Shown: piece by piece, positions 26,380 through 39,130 of the stretch
Position numbering within the stretch: position 1 is the first letter of the stretch
Layout of the letters: each line of letters starts with the position of its first letter
Source of the DNA: Ylistrum balloti
Lineage: Eukaryota
Direction of reading: 5' to 3'
Assembly (NCBI RefSeq): GCF_031769215.1
Contig: NW_026782248.1
Location: forward strand, 434,001-498,000
Length of the DNA stretch: 64,000 bases
Notes under the pieces: generated by a model
The model's database searches: none
What the model was told of the DNA's origin: nothing
Seen by the model: the letters and a program-made list of their open reading frames with translations, nothing else
Translations under genes and position numbers: made by a program

Positions 26380-29070
26380 ACCTGTCGATAACGTGTAATA
26401 TCTATCTAATAGACCACTCTCTATAACGACCATCTGTATATATCTACTACGCACTTGTAGCTAAAATCTGTCTCTAACATGTAATATCTACCTTGATAGT
26501 CCATTCTCTATAACGACCATCTCTATATATCTTCTACGCAACTATAGCTAACACCTGTCTGTAGCGTGTAATATCTTCAATGATATAGCACTCTATATAA
26601 CGACCATCTGTATAGATCTACTACGTGCCTAAAGCTATCACCTGTCTATAAGGAATCAACTCTTCATAGAGATAGTAGCTATAGGTTGTACAGGTATACT
26701 GTAACTATTGGGTGTATTGGTATACTGTAATTATAGGTTGTACTGGTATACTGTAACTATAGGTTGTACAGGTATACTGTAACTATAGGTTGTACTGGTA
26801 TATTGTAACTATAGGTTGTACTGGTATAATGTAACTATAAATTGTACTGGTATACTGTAACTATAGGTTGTACAGGTATACTGTAACTATAGGTTGTACT
26901 GGTAGATTGTAACTATTGGGTGTACTGGTATACTGTAACTATAGGTTGTACTAGTATATTGTAACTATTGGGTGTACTGGTATACTGTAACTATATGGTG
27001 CACTGGTATACTGTAACTATAGATTGTACTAGTATATTGTAACTATTGGGTGTACTGGTATACTGTAACTATTGGGTGTACTGGTATATTGTAACTATAG
27101 GTTGTACAGGTATACTGTAACTATTGGGTGTACTGGTATACTGTAACTATTGGGTGTACTGGTATACTGTAACTATAGGTTGTACTGTAACTATAGGTCG
27201 TACTGTAACTATAGGTTGTACTGGTATACTGTAACTATAGGTTGTACTGGTATACTGTAACTATATGGTGCACTGGTATATTGTAACTATAGGTTGTACT
27301 GGTATACTGTAACTATATGGTGCACTGGTATACTGTAACTATAGGTTGTACTGGTATACTGTAACTATATGGTGCACTGGTATATTGTAACTATAGGTTG
27401 TACTGGTATAATGTAACTATAGGTTGTACAGGTATACTGTAACTATAGGTTGTACTAGTATACTGTAACTATAGGTTGTACTGGTATACTGTAACTATAG
27501 GTTGTACTGGTATACTGTAACTATAGGTTGTACTGGTATATTGTAACTATAGGTTGTACTGGTATACTGTAACTATAGGTTGTACTGGTATACTGTAACT
27601 ATAGGTTGTACTGGTATACTGTAACTATAGGTTGTACTGTAACTATAGGTCGTACTGTAACTATAGGTTGTACTGATATATTGTAACTATAGGTTGTACT
27701 GGTATACTGTAACTATATGGTGCACTGGTATATTGTAACTATAGGTTGTACTGGTATAATGTAACTATAGGTTGTACTGGTATACTGTAACTATAGGCTG
27801 TACTGTAACTATAGGTTGTACTGGTATACTGTAACTATAGGTTGTACTGGTGTACTGTAACTATAGGTTGTACTGGTGTACTGTAACTATAGGTTGTACA
27901 GGTATACTGTAACTATAGGTTGTACTGGTATACTGTAACTATAGGTTGTACAGGTATACTGTAACTATAGGTTGTACTGGTGTACTGTAACTATAGGTTG
28001 TACTGGTATACTGTAACTATAGGTTGTCCTGGTGTACTGTAACTATAGGCTGTACTGTAACTATAGGTTGTACTGGTATACTGTAACTATAGGTTGTACT
28101 GGTATACTGTAACTATAGGTTGTACTGTAACTATAGGTACTGTAACTATAGGTTGTACTGGTGTACTGTAACTATAGGTTGTCCTGGTGTACTGTAACTA
28201 TAGGCTGTACTGTAACTATAGGTTGTACTGGTGTACTGTAACTATAGGTTGTACTGGTATACTGTAACTATAGGTTGTACAGGTATTCTGTAACTAAAGG
28301 TTGTACAGGTATACTGTAACTACAGGTTGTACTGGTAGATTGTAACTATAGGTTGTACTGGTATACTGTAACTATAGGTTGTACTGGTATACTGTAACTA
28401 TACTGGTATACTGTAACTATAGGTTATACTGGTATACTGTAACTATAGGTTGTACTGGTATACTGTAACTATAGGTTGTCCTGGTGTACTGTAACTATAG
28501 GTTGTACAGGTATACTGTAACTATAGGTTGTACTGGTATACTGTAACTATAGGTTGTACTGGTATATTGTAACTATAGGTTGTACTGGTATACTGTAACT
28601 ATATGGTGCACTGATATACCGTCATTAGCGATTATCTACATAGGAAGACCAGTTTTCTCATTCTTAAGATAATTTCACGTATTAAGCGAAATATGATGAA
28701 TATATCTATATACTACCTATGGCGACCACATGTCTAGGAAGAAAATCTCCTTCTTGTAGCAGTTTAAGGCACTCTCTATAACGACCATCTGTCAAGGAAG
28801 ACGGTTCTCTCTACCACGATGACAGTTATATACACTCTCTATTGCAGCCTTCTGTCTGGGAAGATCAGTTATCTAAAACCTATTGGCAGTTTCATAGACT
28901 CTCTTTGGGTTCCATATCTCTTAAAAGACCATTTATTTTTACTCAAGCGGTTGTTTTATATACTCTCAAATGCGAACGCCTGCCTAGGAATACCAGTTCT
29001 CTGATGGCAATTTGTTGACTCTCTATAACGATCACCTGTATAGGAGAGACCATCCTCTCTATCCTAAAGG
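26380..29070. mobile_element. MITE-like fragments (ctctataacgacca-ctgt motif) flanking the 26-bp satellite
   Basis: The motif recurs three times in ~100-bp degenerate repeats at 26390-26650, and again near 28772 and 29020. Confidence 0.45.
26680..28612. repeat. 26-bp minisatellite, about 70 copies with truncated variants
   Basis: Unit gtatactgtaactataggttgtactg, period 26 (27481 to 27507). Confidence 0.97.
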
Positions 29071-30348
29071 AAGTTTTTCACTGTGAGAAACACACTCATT
29101 GGCACCCAGTTAGTGTGTAAACGCCGTGCTATTTTATTTATTCTTTGACAATTAATGGATCTTTATTAGCATTGTTTTCTCTCCCTAAAATACAAAAAAA
29201 GACCTTAAAAATCATTACGTCTAATTTTACAGCTTCTCGTGGCCTTGGAACATGTAATATGTAGTTGCCTTCCATAATGTGCCTCCAGTGTGTTCATTAC
29301 TTATGATCCATACCAGTAATCGGTTATCGCTTCACTGCCGCATCAAATATCTCTCTATAGTGTTGATCAGGCTTTGTATCGACCCATAAATTACGTAGTA
29401 TAGAGGATCAAGACATAATGTCAAACAGTGACATTGGCTCTAGGTTTTCACCAACGATACATTGGTTGTTCTGGAGAACTGGATAAAACACGTAATTAGG
29501 ATATCACCCAAATAAATCTCCATTGCAAGACGAGATAAGACGTGTATAGCCGGAAAAAGCCGGGAAATGTCGGAAATGACCAAAAAAGGTCAGAAAAAAG
29601 GCATATTTAAATGAGCTTCATATAATCATCGAGATTGTGACGTCATAATTGAAATTATCAGAACCAAAGGTGGACAACTATTCCGTTCAGTGTTGTCTGT
29701 TTTAACGTTCCTTGCAAAATACCAAGTAATGTATCATTTAAGATTAATTAGTAGGAAACAAATGCGTCTGTGATATCAATTCTAGTTATAATCTCCTCCC
29801 GTGAACACAATTTGTCTGCAAGACAATCTAAACGACACATGCATTCTATCTAGAATAAGCATGACGTCACGTCATAACAGCTTTTACACTATGACGCACA
29901 TTAATATGAGGTCATTATGACTAAGCCCTGACCCATATTCATCTTGACGTCATAATAGTTACGTCACACACTCGTATGATGTCATAATAAAGCTAAGCTG
30001 TCACACCCCCAACATGACGTCACACTGTTACGCTTTGTCGCAAAATCTCATAATGTTAAAATAATAGTGCGACCATGTAATGGTCGAGTATGACGTCATA
30101 GTCATATGGTAACGAGGTGTCAATTAGCAGCAGTCATTAGCGTACTGACCAACTCATTTTGATGACGTTCGTGGTTGCAAATACATGTCTGCAATGTCTG
30201 GCAGATGTATTTCGAAACGATGAGGAACACCAGTCCAATGTTAATTAATAATAATGATAAGTCTTACATAACCCTTTAAACTGTGTGAAACTAGATCGCA
30301 CTGTACAAACATAATTGGTATTTGTTCCAGCGAGGAAACTAGCTCCAG

Positions 30349-30432
30349 GCTAAGGAAGACATACAGTCTTACTTCAAAAATTTACGCCAATTGCTTATAA
30401 ACGGTTTGTGTGTACGAATCCCTGTTCTTCAG
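30349..30432 (+). CDS. Candidate 84-nt phase 0-0 exon (AKEDIQSYFKNLRQLLINGLCVRIPVLQ), product unknown
   Basis: ctccAG acceptor, open frame, and strong CAG|GTAAGT donor at 30433. The stronger upstream acceptor (30329-30) gives stops in all frames, so the exon may be non-coding. Confidence 0.3.
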
Positions 30433-31854
30433 GTAAGTGTTAAGAGAGATGTATGTGTTGGCAAAATTCGTTCAAGGTCGCTTGTTTTTATCAAACGAAA
30501 TAAACCGCAGAGAATTCATTTCACCGTCAGTCATGTACATTTCACTGTCAGTCATCAACTCAATTTCAAAAGTCTATTAACCTTCTTTTTTCAAGGTGAG
30601 ATGTCTTTACAACACTGTGAATGGTTTTAACTCACTTAAACAAACCGTTTGATGAACTACAGTTACTTTAATTCCAGAAAAGATCAAATGAAGTCTTATG
30701 TAATTTAAAGTTCTATTGCACAGTTGTTTTTTCTAGAATACTTTATTGACGCCAATCTGAAGCTGGCTGATATTTCCAGGCACTTGAAATGTTTGTATTT
30801 CTCACGTTTAGCTAACTTCAGTTGTAGCAGGGGAGATTTTACTGTTAAAGTGCAAACAATGTATTATTTGATCTATCTTTCATTCAGTTTTTTTTTTTAC
30901 TTTTTCAATAAACATCAAAGAATAAAACTAGGGTAACACAAACACAATGGCCACTCTCAAAGAAATAAGACTGTGGTGCAAATGTTTTCATTCAATATTA
31001 AAAAAAAACGGATTCAGTTGAAATTTATTTACGTGGCGTTCATGCTTGTGCATGTATACATGTTTTACAATGATCCAAGATACGAACAGAACAAATACTA
31101 TTTACTCTCATAAAATAACAGATCTTTGTAACCAAGGACAACGTTGTGTATCGTAAACATAAACAAGTTCCCTGCGCTGGCTGTAAATATAGCGAGATCT
31201 ATCTATGTCTTCTCATATATATATATTTAACAATCTCCAAATATACCACTTGTCATGTCAGAAAGATATGCATATGTAATTATTACGTAGCGCGGGCAAT
31301 TAGTGTAGCACGTGCCTGGGATAATTATAGTCACTTTCATGGCTAATTATGTCACACGTCACTACAATATGCACGCATTGGCAACAACAGGTGCTGTCAG
31401 AAGTGGAGTGCAGATTCACCACTATTCAAGGCTAGACTGTGACTGCCTAAAGCACTTCAATTTCAGTAAAACATGAGCAAGCTTGTCTAGGATTAATTTA
31501 ATATCATTCGCAGAAATTGAGGTTAAATTTGTTAGATTTTAAAAAAAAATGAACTGAAAAATCATTCTAAAAAATCAATGAAATTTTATTAATACCCAAT
31601 TATTTTGGTCTATTCATTTTAATTATGGAAGACCGGGATATCGATATTTTTAGAATTGACACGGTTCATTCATTAGATAAATAGTTACAATACACTAATA
31701 TTAACAACTGCCATTGTCTTTCATACATGTTTAGGAGAATAAAGTACATTTCGGCAAAACAAAATTAAATTGCAAATACCTCCCTTACGGGCAAAGGATG
31801 AATGATGGAAAAGTCACACGCAGACCTGTAAAAAAGTACAAAGAGAATAAGATC

Positions 31855-31915
31855 ATGTTCCAGTAGAGTAAGCGTCTCCAACTTCGTCGACGACATCCGT
31901 TATACAAATCTTGTA
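31855..31915 (-). repeat. Short interspersed repeat (gacgcttactc motif), copy 1
   Basis: Minus strand ggatgtcgtcgacgaagttggagacgcttactctactggaacatgatcttattctc aligns with 43960-44020. It resembles retroelement 3' tails I recall from molluscs. Confidence 0.45.
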
Positions 31916-33604
31916 AATGTATCATGTTAAAGGATACTTACAATGACCATATTATTGATGGAGATAGTATCAACTGGAAATGAAATTTTAGTAGACGAGA
32001 AAAGATAGAAAAGTAAGTTGAATAGCTAAAGTAAAGAATGAAAGTAGATACAGGAAGTGACAAGGGGATGAAATAAAGATGGAGTCGACTGCTTCGGTGA
32101 CCTACTACAGCATTTTAGAGATCGACTCCGTGGTCTAAAATTGTTGTTATATTTGAACCCTGGGGAACGTCAGCACCTACGCTACGTGTCTGTATATCAG
32201 GAATGGAGGGTTCGAACATATGATACCTTGTTATAGTATATTAGAATGTATTTTTGAAGTGCGACAAATCTTAAAAAAATCAATTTGAATTGGTCATCAT
32301 CCTACTATATCCTAATCAGACCTATGTGTTGGCCATTCAATCATCATATTTTATATGTATAATGCAGCGATGTAAAACATATTATATCCTTGTTGAGATT
32401 CGACATCTAACTATTTCAACAAGCCGGTCTTGTTTCTTTAAACAACTGAAACACAAATCTCTCTTGTATAGGGCCTCTGGCCCCAAAGATGACCACAATT
32501 GGTGTCCAATAGCTTACACCTGTTGTGGTCAAAAGCAGAAAATCTCTACCAGGCAGTAGTATTGAAAACTGGCTTGTCTTAGCTTGTCTCTGGCTCAAGA
32601 GGCACCTTGCTGTCTAGACGAGTCGAGACGGCCAAATTAATATGTATTATTAATTTCATAACTTTAAGGAGAGTATTGAGAAACCGTTGTAATTAACGCC
32701 TACCTAGGGGTTGATCATATAACACCTGCATGACTTCGTTATTTTTAATGGCGCGAGGCAATTGTGAGAAATTGAAAACGCATATCGACCCCTCTATATA
32801 CTGAGAATTACATTTCGTATCTACATGTAAAATGTATACGTCATACAACAATATTCCATTATCATGATTTATATGATGTCAATTCAATTCATTCATTTGT
32901 TATTGATTTGAGAAACCAAGATAAGCATTGAGTGAAGTTGTCGTGTATTTCTTTATAAAACGAATGCAATATCTGTTGCGTGACACGATATCATTAAGAA
33001 TGCCTGAAAAAGATTTGAAAAATAATCCGGTTCAAATTCAACGTGCGTCCGCGTGTCCTTTTCGTCATAGAATGAAAGTAAAGTTAGGTCAGCTTCTCCT
33101 ATCTAAATCCGGATTTAAACATCGGATTACATGAAAATTAAGAAGAAAAAATCCAAAAATATAATGTAGGTCTGTCATAATGGAGCTGTTTATGAATTTT
33201 ACCCCCCACTTTACCCCCCCATAACTAATGAATGGCTCAGATCTGACCTTAATTTTATGTCATATCATGACCGCCTAACCCCAAGGAATTCCTACACAAG
33301 AAATAAAAAATATCGGTCATGGCCGCCAGAAGGCCCAAATTGGCACTCCTCCTTTTATATAAAAACATTGATAAATCGACACGATCGAGGGAAGTTTGGT
33401 CATCTTAACAAACCTTACAAGAGAATATCTTTGAGTGGGAAATGTTATATTTATTGGTGTTTATCTTTGCTGTTCTGATCAAGTGGAAGTAAATACACAT
33501 TATGAACAGAAAACACTTTACTGTGAATTAGAAAAGAATTGGGTTAATCAGATGGGAAGCCCACTAAACAAAATTCATAAGAAGTACTGTAAACTGCAAC
33601 CTTG

Positions 33605-33605
<1 letters not shown>

Positions 33606-33635
<30 letters not shown>
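33606..33635. repeat. (TA)n microsatellite
   Basis: Direct observation. Confidence 0.9.
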
Positions 33636-33636
<1 letters not shown>

Positions 33637-33739
33637 CAAATGCGAAATAATAATTTCATGAAGCACGCGACGGCAGTACTCCTAGTACTCTTTACCGTGG
33701 AAAACTCATTTGATTGGGTAGGTAAGAATATCATGCCAT

Positions 33740-33805
33740 GTCAGACACTCAAATCGAACCCCAATCGCCTTTTGTGGAGGCGTTACCAGTACGCTACCAG
33801 ACGTT
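33740..33805 (-). mobile_element. Degenerate tRNA-derived SINE head
   Basis: Minus strand has tggtagcgtactgg (A-box-like) and ggggttcgattt (B-box-like) at tRNA-like spacing. Confidence 0.4.
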
Positions 33806-34214
33806 CTGCAAGATATATATAGCCGTCAAACGTATGTGAGACTCTGGTTAAGTCTTTTCCTGGTTCACTAGCACTCATGATGATGTTTCGTTGCATACGC
33901 GCGATGTCGTATGCATTAACGATTTAAACAATATAAATGTAAATCACATGTTTGAAACACGCTTTGTTGTTGCTGTGGAGATCGATTTAAAACACCTAAG
34001 CTTCCTTTCTGTAACGTCTCAAAGTTAAAAAGCCAGACCCACTCCGTTATGGATATTTTTTTTCATATTTCATTGACTGGAAATGTTGTATACTAATAGA
34101 TAATATATAAATAAAGACTTGTATAAAGTTTTGAAAATGAAATTGAAAGGGTACCGGAGATATCGGTGCCGGAATTAGTTTCATTAATCAACACCAGAAT
34201 ATGAATATTGATTA

Positions 34215-34279
34215 GGAAATGTCACGTGATACGTTCAGCCGCGGTTAGAACCAAAACAAAAATGGAGGAAGAGGTGAGT
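34215..34279 (+). promoter_or_regulatory. Candidate promoter and first exon of a plus-strand gene (ATG GAG GAA GAG | GTGAGT)
   Basis: E-box gtcacgtgat at 34221, aaaATGG start at 34262, MEEE, and a consensus donor GAG|gtgagt at 34274. Downstream exons were not identified. Confidence 0.4.
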
Positions 34280-35955
34280 AGTATGTCTATGTGACATCGC
34301 TTGTAAAGAGATTTTACCGATAAATGCAATCAATATTCTATATATCCTGTATGGAAATCATCTAACGTATGTATTGATCATATCTTTCAATGTTTAGATA
34401 TGACACAAAAACGTGCAGATTAAGAGAAAAAATACGATCAATTGCAAAGAGGCCCTCAAATGGGGGCTACGATATGGTAACAAACATATAGAACATCGTG
34501 AAATGGATCTATCTAAAGCAAATATTCGGTAAGAGTATTCATGAATATAATTTTAGAGTGATACTACACGAGAGCCAAACAGAGAGCGATACAGAGTATG
34601 AAGCAACCATCTTCCTTTTTCTTCGCCTCAGAGTCCGTCAAAACACGTTTTCTTCCCCGCTTCACTCGCACGCTTTCTGCCATGTTGGAAGACGGCAGAT
34701 TTATTTACATTTTTTTGCGCATGCGTCAGAGGGCAGGACTTCCCGCATAATTATGAATTAGCACTGAGTCGTTTCGAATTCTTTGTAAAAACTATTTATT
34801 ACGTTAGATTGGTAGCGATTTACTTTAAAGTTGCGGTATTGCAGGGTTAGACAGAACTTTTGCTACACAAGGAAAATAGAAAATCATGAATTGTTTTTTG
34901 ATATAATATAATATCGGTCGAGGAGTGGGTCTGGTTCTTTTAAAATTTCAGTGAAATGAATTCTTCTCCGGAGAAAATCCAATCATTTCCCCGTATCGGG
35001 AATTCGGAAACACTCAAACCAAACTATTCGCATCATTGTTATCGGTACATGTAACAAATATAGTATTAAATACTGTTATTCACGATATATATCTTTTCTA
35101 CTAAGGTTCCTACACAGCAACCGGGAAATGTAAGCTCGTCATTCAGTGCGTTACAGTTTACACACAGTGAGAGAAATGCATGCGTGCCGATAAAATGCAC
35201 TTTTTCTCACCAGTCATGCGCTGAATGTACATTGTCTGTACAGAAATCCATTAGGGTCGACTGTATCTTATCTTAGACAGCTATAAACATGTTTATATAT
35301 CACAACATAACACTTGAGGTATTAACGGAGAACTTGCATATCAAAGCACGTCTTGAAACAAAGTCACCACGGGGGTTAAACTGTTACGCGCTTTTTCTGC
35401 AGACTAATGTTCAGTGAGAACAGTCAGGAGATATAAAATATTTTTTTTGTCATCAAGATATCAAATGCCGATTAAAACAACATTTGTGGCAAACTTTTTT
35501 GTTATTTCTCCTGTGTGAAGATTCTATAAATGACGACTCTTTTGAAAATGCAAGACTCTTTTCCAACAAATGTCACGTTTAGATGAGACCCAAGACAAGT
35601 GTTAAAGATAGAAGAAATTGTAATTAGACATTAGACACAATAAAACGCATTCTGTTTACGAAATGTGTGTATCGATCTCCAATTCAAGCTCATGGTGATG
35701 TTCTTAAAATAGATTTTTTCCGTGAAGAGAAACGATCATACATTTATGAGACAACTATTGTCTACCAGAAAACAACAATATATAGATAAATACACCTACT
35801 ATAAAGAAAGTCTGGAGGAACCAAGAAAGATAAAAAAAATCTTACAGTGTAAATCCTCTTCTTTATAATCCCTATATACATCCGCCCAGTTCCTTCACCC
35901 TCCACACGGCACTGGAATAGAAACAAAAAATATATACACATCCTCCTACTCCTCG

Positions 35956-35956
<1 letters not shown>

Positions 35957-36027
<71 letters not shown>
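35957..36027. repeat. (CAT)n microsatellite, about 23 units
   Basis: Direct observation. It explains the poly-Met ORF. Confidence 0.97.
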
Positions 36028-36029
<2 letters not shown>

Positions 36030-36384
36030 CCATAAAATTATTCCAACCTGATTTCTTCATATGCATACATTTGTATTGTAGCATTAGGGCATACACTTTT
36101 GGCTGACAATCGTTTAACTATGGGCGACAACTTGATTTATAGCGAGAAAACTGACACTTTTATAAATATATGCGACATTCCGCCTTTGAAAAAATATTGT
36201 TGTATCATATGCCAACTTGCTTTTCTGACAATGTGACACACATTCCGAACAGCCTTTCGAGAATTCTGGAGAAAAGTATGTCTGTACATGAAAAAAACAG
36301 GTAGGGTAGCAGAGTACGTGCAAGATCGTACGCATGTGATTACAAGCGTTGCATTTTAGACGGATTCGGAAAAAAATGCGTTAA

Positions 36385-37370
36385 GGTTACGGAACACTCC
36401 GTTTCGAATTTTAAACCACACGGCAGAATCGAGATCGAATTTAATCATTTAATGACCACGATAAATTAATGGGTTAGTCTCGTTCGATCAGACTCTTGTC
36501 TGCACAAGTTATACCAACATAATAACGAAGTAATAAAGCGGCTTGGTGAACTAGACTGTTAATGACTGTGCTTATGCAATCATCTGGGTGTTTTACATTT
36601 TGTCAAGATCTTTGAAACGTTTTACAAGTATGTAAGTTCTCTGTACTAAACAAACACCAATAAGATTTTCCCCCGAACGTTCCTTTTTTATATATGATCA
36701 TTGCAGCAGTCCTCTTCCAACTTTTACATGTTTAAACCAGGAAATCGAATGGTAAAATCAATCAATAGAGATCAACATTAACAACGGAAGGCTATTTTCT
36801 GAAGCAATCAATTTGCTGTGGAATTAAAATAGCAAATAACTTAAGCTTTAACATCGTTACTGATGGGTTCAAGAATGGGAGATTCGAAGAAAAAAAGAAC
36901 CGATTTTCTCCCAAATCCGATTACAACTTGTTAGGACAGGAGGCGCCGTGCAATGTTTGTGTACGCTTAAATGAAGGACGACAGTGTCAACACTACAGTA
37001 AGCGTACGGCGAGATCCTCTTTCACATTCCAAAGTGCCCGGATATCAAACAAGACTACAATGGAAATTTAGGTACTGCAACACTGAGAAATATCGCTGTA
37101 TGGCTAAAATGCATTTTATAGTTTAATCAGACTGACTATGTATGCTTGTAGTGGACGAATTCCAAAATTCACAAATGAGTCATAACAAAACTAAGGACCA
37201 ATAAGCAAATTAGGGACAAGAGAAGAGTTTTTTCAAATGACATGATTTCCGTGTGATTGATGGCTTCAATTTTATCAAATTGTGTTTTTTAACTGCAGCC
37301 TTTTTTCACACAGTTCAACGGTTATAGAACATTAAGAGTTATACAGAAAAAAAACAAGTGAACTCTAACT
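36385..37370. mobile_element. Possible degenerate Kolobok-like element
   Basis: TTAA at 36381-84 and 37371-74, GG...CT termini, and weak TIR similarity (ttaaggttacggaacactc vs ttaaagttagagttcactt, 13/19). Confidence 0.35.
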
Positions 37371-37425
37371 TTAAAAACCAATTTAGAATTAGACACAATA
37401 TAAGCAAATTACAAATTGAAACTGC

Positions 37426-37875
37426 GCCATACAACTGTTTCGTCCTTCTAGGACTCATAAGTGATACTACATCATAAAGTTGTTTCGTCCTTCTAGGACT
37501 CGTCAGTGAAAATACATCATACAGCTATTTCATCCTTCCAGGACTCATCAGTGATGCTACATCATACAGTTGTTTCGTCCTTCCAGGACTCATCAGTTAT
37601 GCTACATCATACAACTTTTTCGTCCTTCTAGGACTCATCAGTGATGCTACATCATACAGCTGTTTCGTCATTCCAGGACTTCTGGGAGATGCTAAATCAT
37701 ACAACTGTTTCCTCTTTCTAGGACTCAATCGGTGATGCTACATCATATAGCTGTTTCGTCCTTCTAGGACACGTCAGTGATGCTACCTCGTACACCTGTT
37801 TCGTCCTTCTAGGACTCATCAGTTATAATACATCATACAGCTGTTTCGTCCTTCTAGGACTCGTCAGTGATGCTA
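37426..37875 (-). ncRNA. Tandem array of 10 minimal type I hammerhead ribozymes (45-bp unit)
   Basis: Minus-strand unit: UAG CAUCA CUGAUGA GUCC UAGAA GGAC GAA AC AGCU GU A UGAUG. This is stem I 5', the CUGANGA core, stem II, GAAA, a 2-bp stem III with palindromic loop, the GUA cleavage triplet, and stem I 3'. Period 45 (one 46). Confidence 0.92.
37831..37875 (-). ncRNA. Fully canonical hammerhead copy (rightmost); predicted cleavage between 37836 and 37835
   Basis: CAUCA-CUGACGA-GUCC-UAGAA-GGAC-GAA-ACAGCUGU-A-UGAUG: all core nucleotides are present and stems I and II pair perfectly. Confidence 0.9.
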
Positions 37876-38169
37876 GGTGTCTAGACTATTGAAACCTAGA
37901 AGGCGACCGCGTAAAACTGGTTAAAATAAGAGGTACATGAACCATAAAAAATATGAATTTTGATATTGATAACTTCTCTTCTTCGAAAGCACTATATTGT
38001 GTTGTTGCTTGTTCCCACCATCCAAATTGATTTTATTGTTCATAAATTTATCAGATGAAAAACGTCTCATTTGCGATATTAAATATAATGCACTATAACT
38101 ACATACTTTTGTGAACTACAGTCCCCCTATTTAATTGACACACTGTTTCACCAAGGTGAAGCCGTACTC

Positions 38170-39130
38170 AATGTATCATGTTCCACAAACTAGTAGTGTA
38201 GAGATAGTGCAGACATTTTTGTTAACTATGTGGTAACTCAAAGGTCCATAATGTAGAACTTTGGGTAAGTCAAAGGTCAAAATGTAGGTCAGAATGAGAT
38301 ATGTTTGATACCATAATTGCAACATTGCCTCAACAGAGTGAAGCTTTACCCAAGGTATGAAGTTCAAGTGTAAGATTCGAGACAAACGGAAAAAAACGTA
38401 AAGACGGAAGGACGGAAAGACAATAAAAAAGAGATCTCATAGGGATCTCGGCGCCCACCATTGTTTGATCTTTATATGCTCTTTTAAAGTTGGATCTTTT
38501 CCCTTTTTTCTCTTCCCCTCTATGTTTTTGCTTTTAATGATAAGACATTTCAACATTCCTTTGCAGAAATAGCGATGATAGTGACTAGCAAAATCCAAAA
38601 TGGCTGCTTGTTGGCCATTTTGTTTGTCTGATCAGTCTCAAACAGGCACAACAAGGGATCAAAGAAAGCAAACACATGAAATTTGAAGAAGATCTATGTT
38701 GTAGTTCCGAACTGGAGTCAAGAAATAGCGATCACAGACCCAAAATAAACTGGAACAACTAGGAACCAATGAGAACCGACTTATGAAATTTAACAAAGAT
38801 CTATGAAGTTCCTCTTAAGAAATAGCGATAACAAACTTTCAAATTAAAAATTAAAGATGGCCACCTGTCGGCCATTGTGTTTTTCTGATTAATCCCTAAA
38901 TTAGATTGCAATAACTAGGGACCAAAAGGAACCTATATATGGAAGTTTAGAAAGATCTATGGGGTAGTTCTCAAGAAATAGCGAAAACAAACTTGCAAAG
39001 TCAAAATCTAATATGGCCGTCTTTCGGCCATTTTGTTTTTCTGATCAGTCCCAAAATCACATGGGCACAACTAGAGACCATGGGTAACCTATATATGCAA
39101 TTTGAGAAAGATCCTTCGAGTAATTCTAAA
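38170..39130. mobile_element. Adjacent non-autonomous elements with tgacc/ggtca motifs, a GACG-type tail and ~155-bp core repeats
   Basis: gacggaaggacggaaagac near 38403. gaaatagcga...atggc...ggccattttgttt.tctgatcagtc blocks at about 38565, 38820 and 38977. Confidence 0.55.

Noticed and set aside
35762-36028. Poly-Met ORF
   Set aside because: It is the (CAT)n microsatellite.
37375-37435. FRIRHNISKLQIETAPY as a LINE ORF2 C-terminal motif
   Set aside because: Only a few residues match, and there is no supporting upstream homology.
37426-37875. CRISPR-like array
   Set aside because: The units are contiguous with no unique spacers, there are no cas genes, and the context is eukaryotic.
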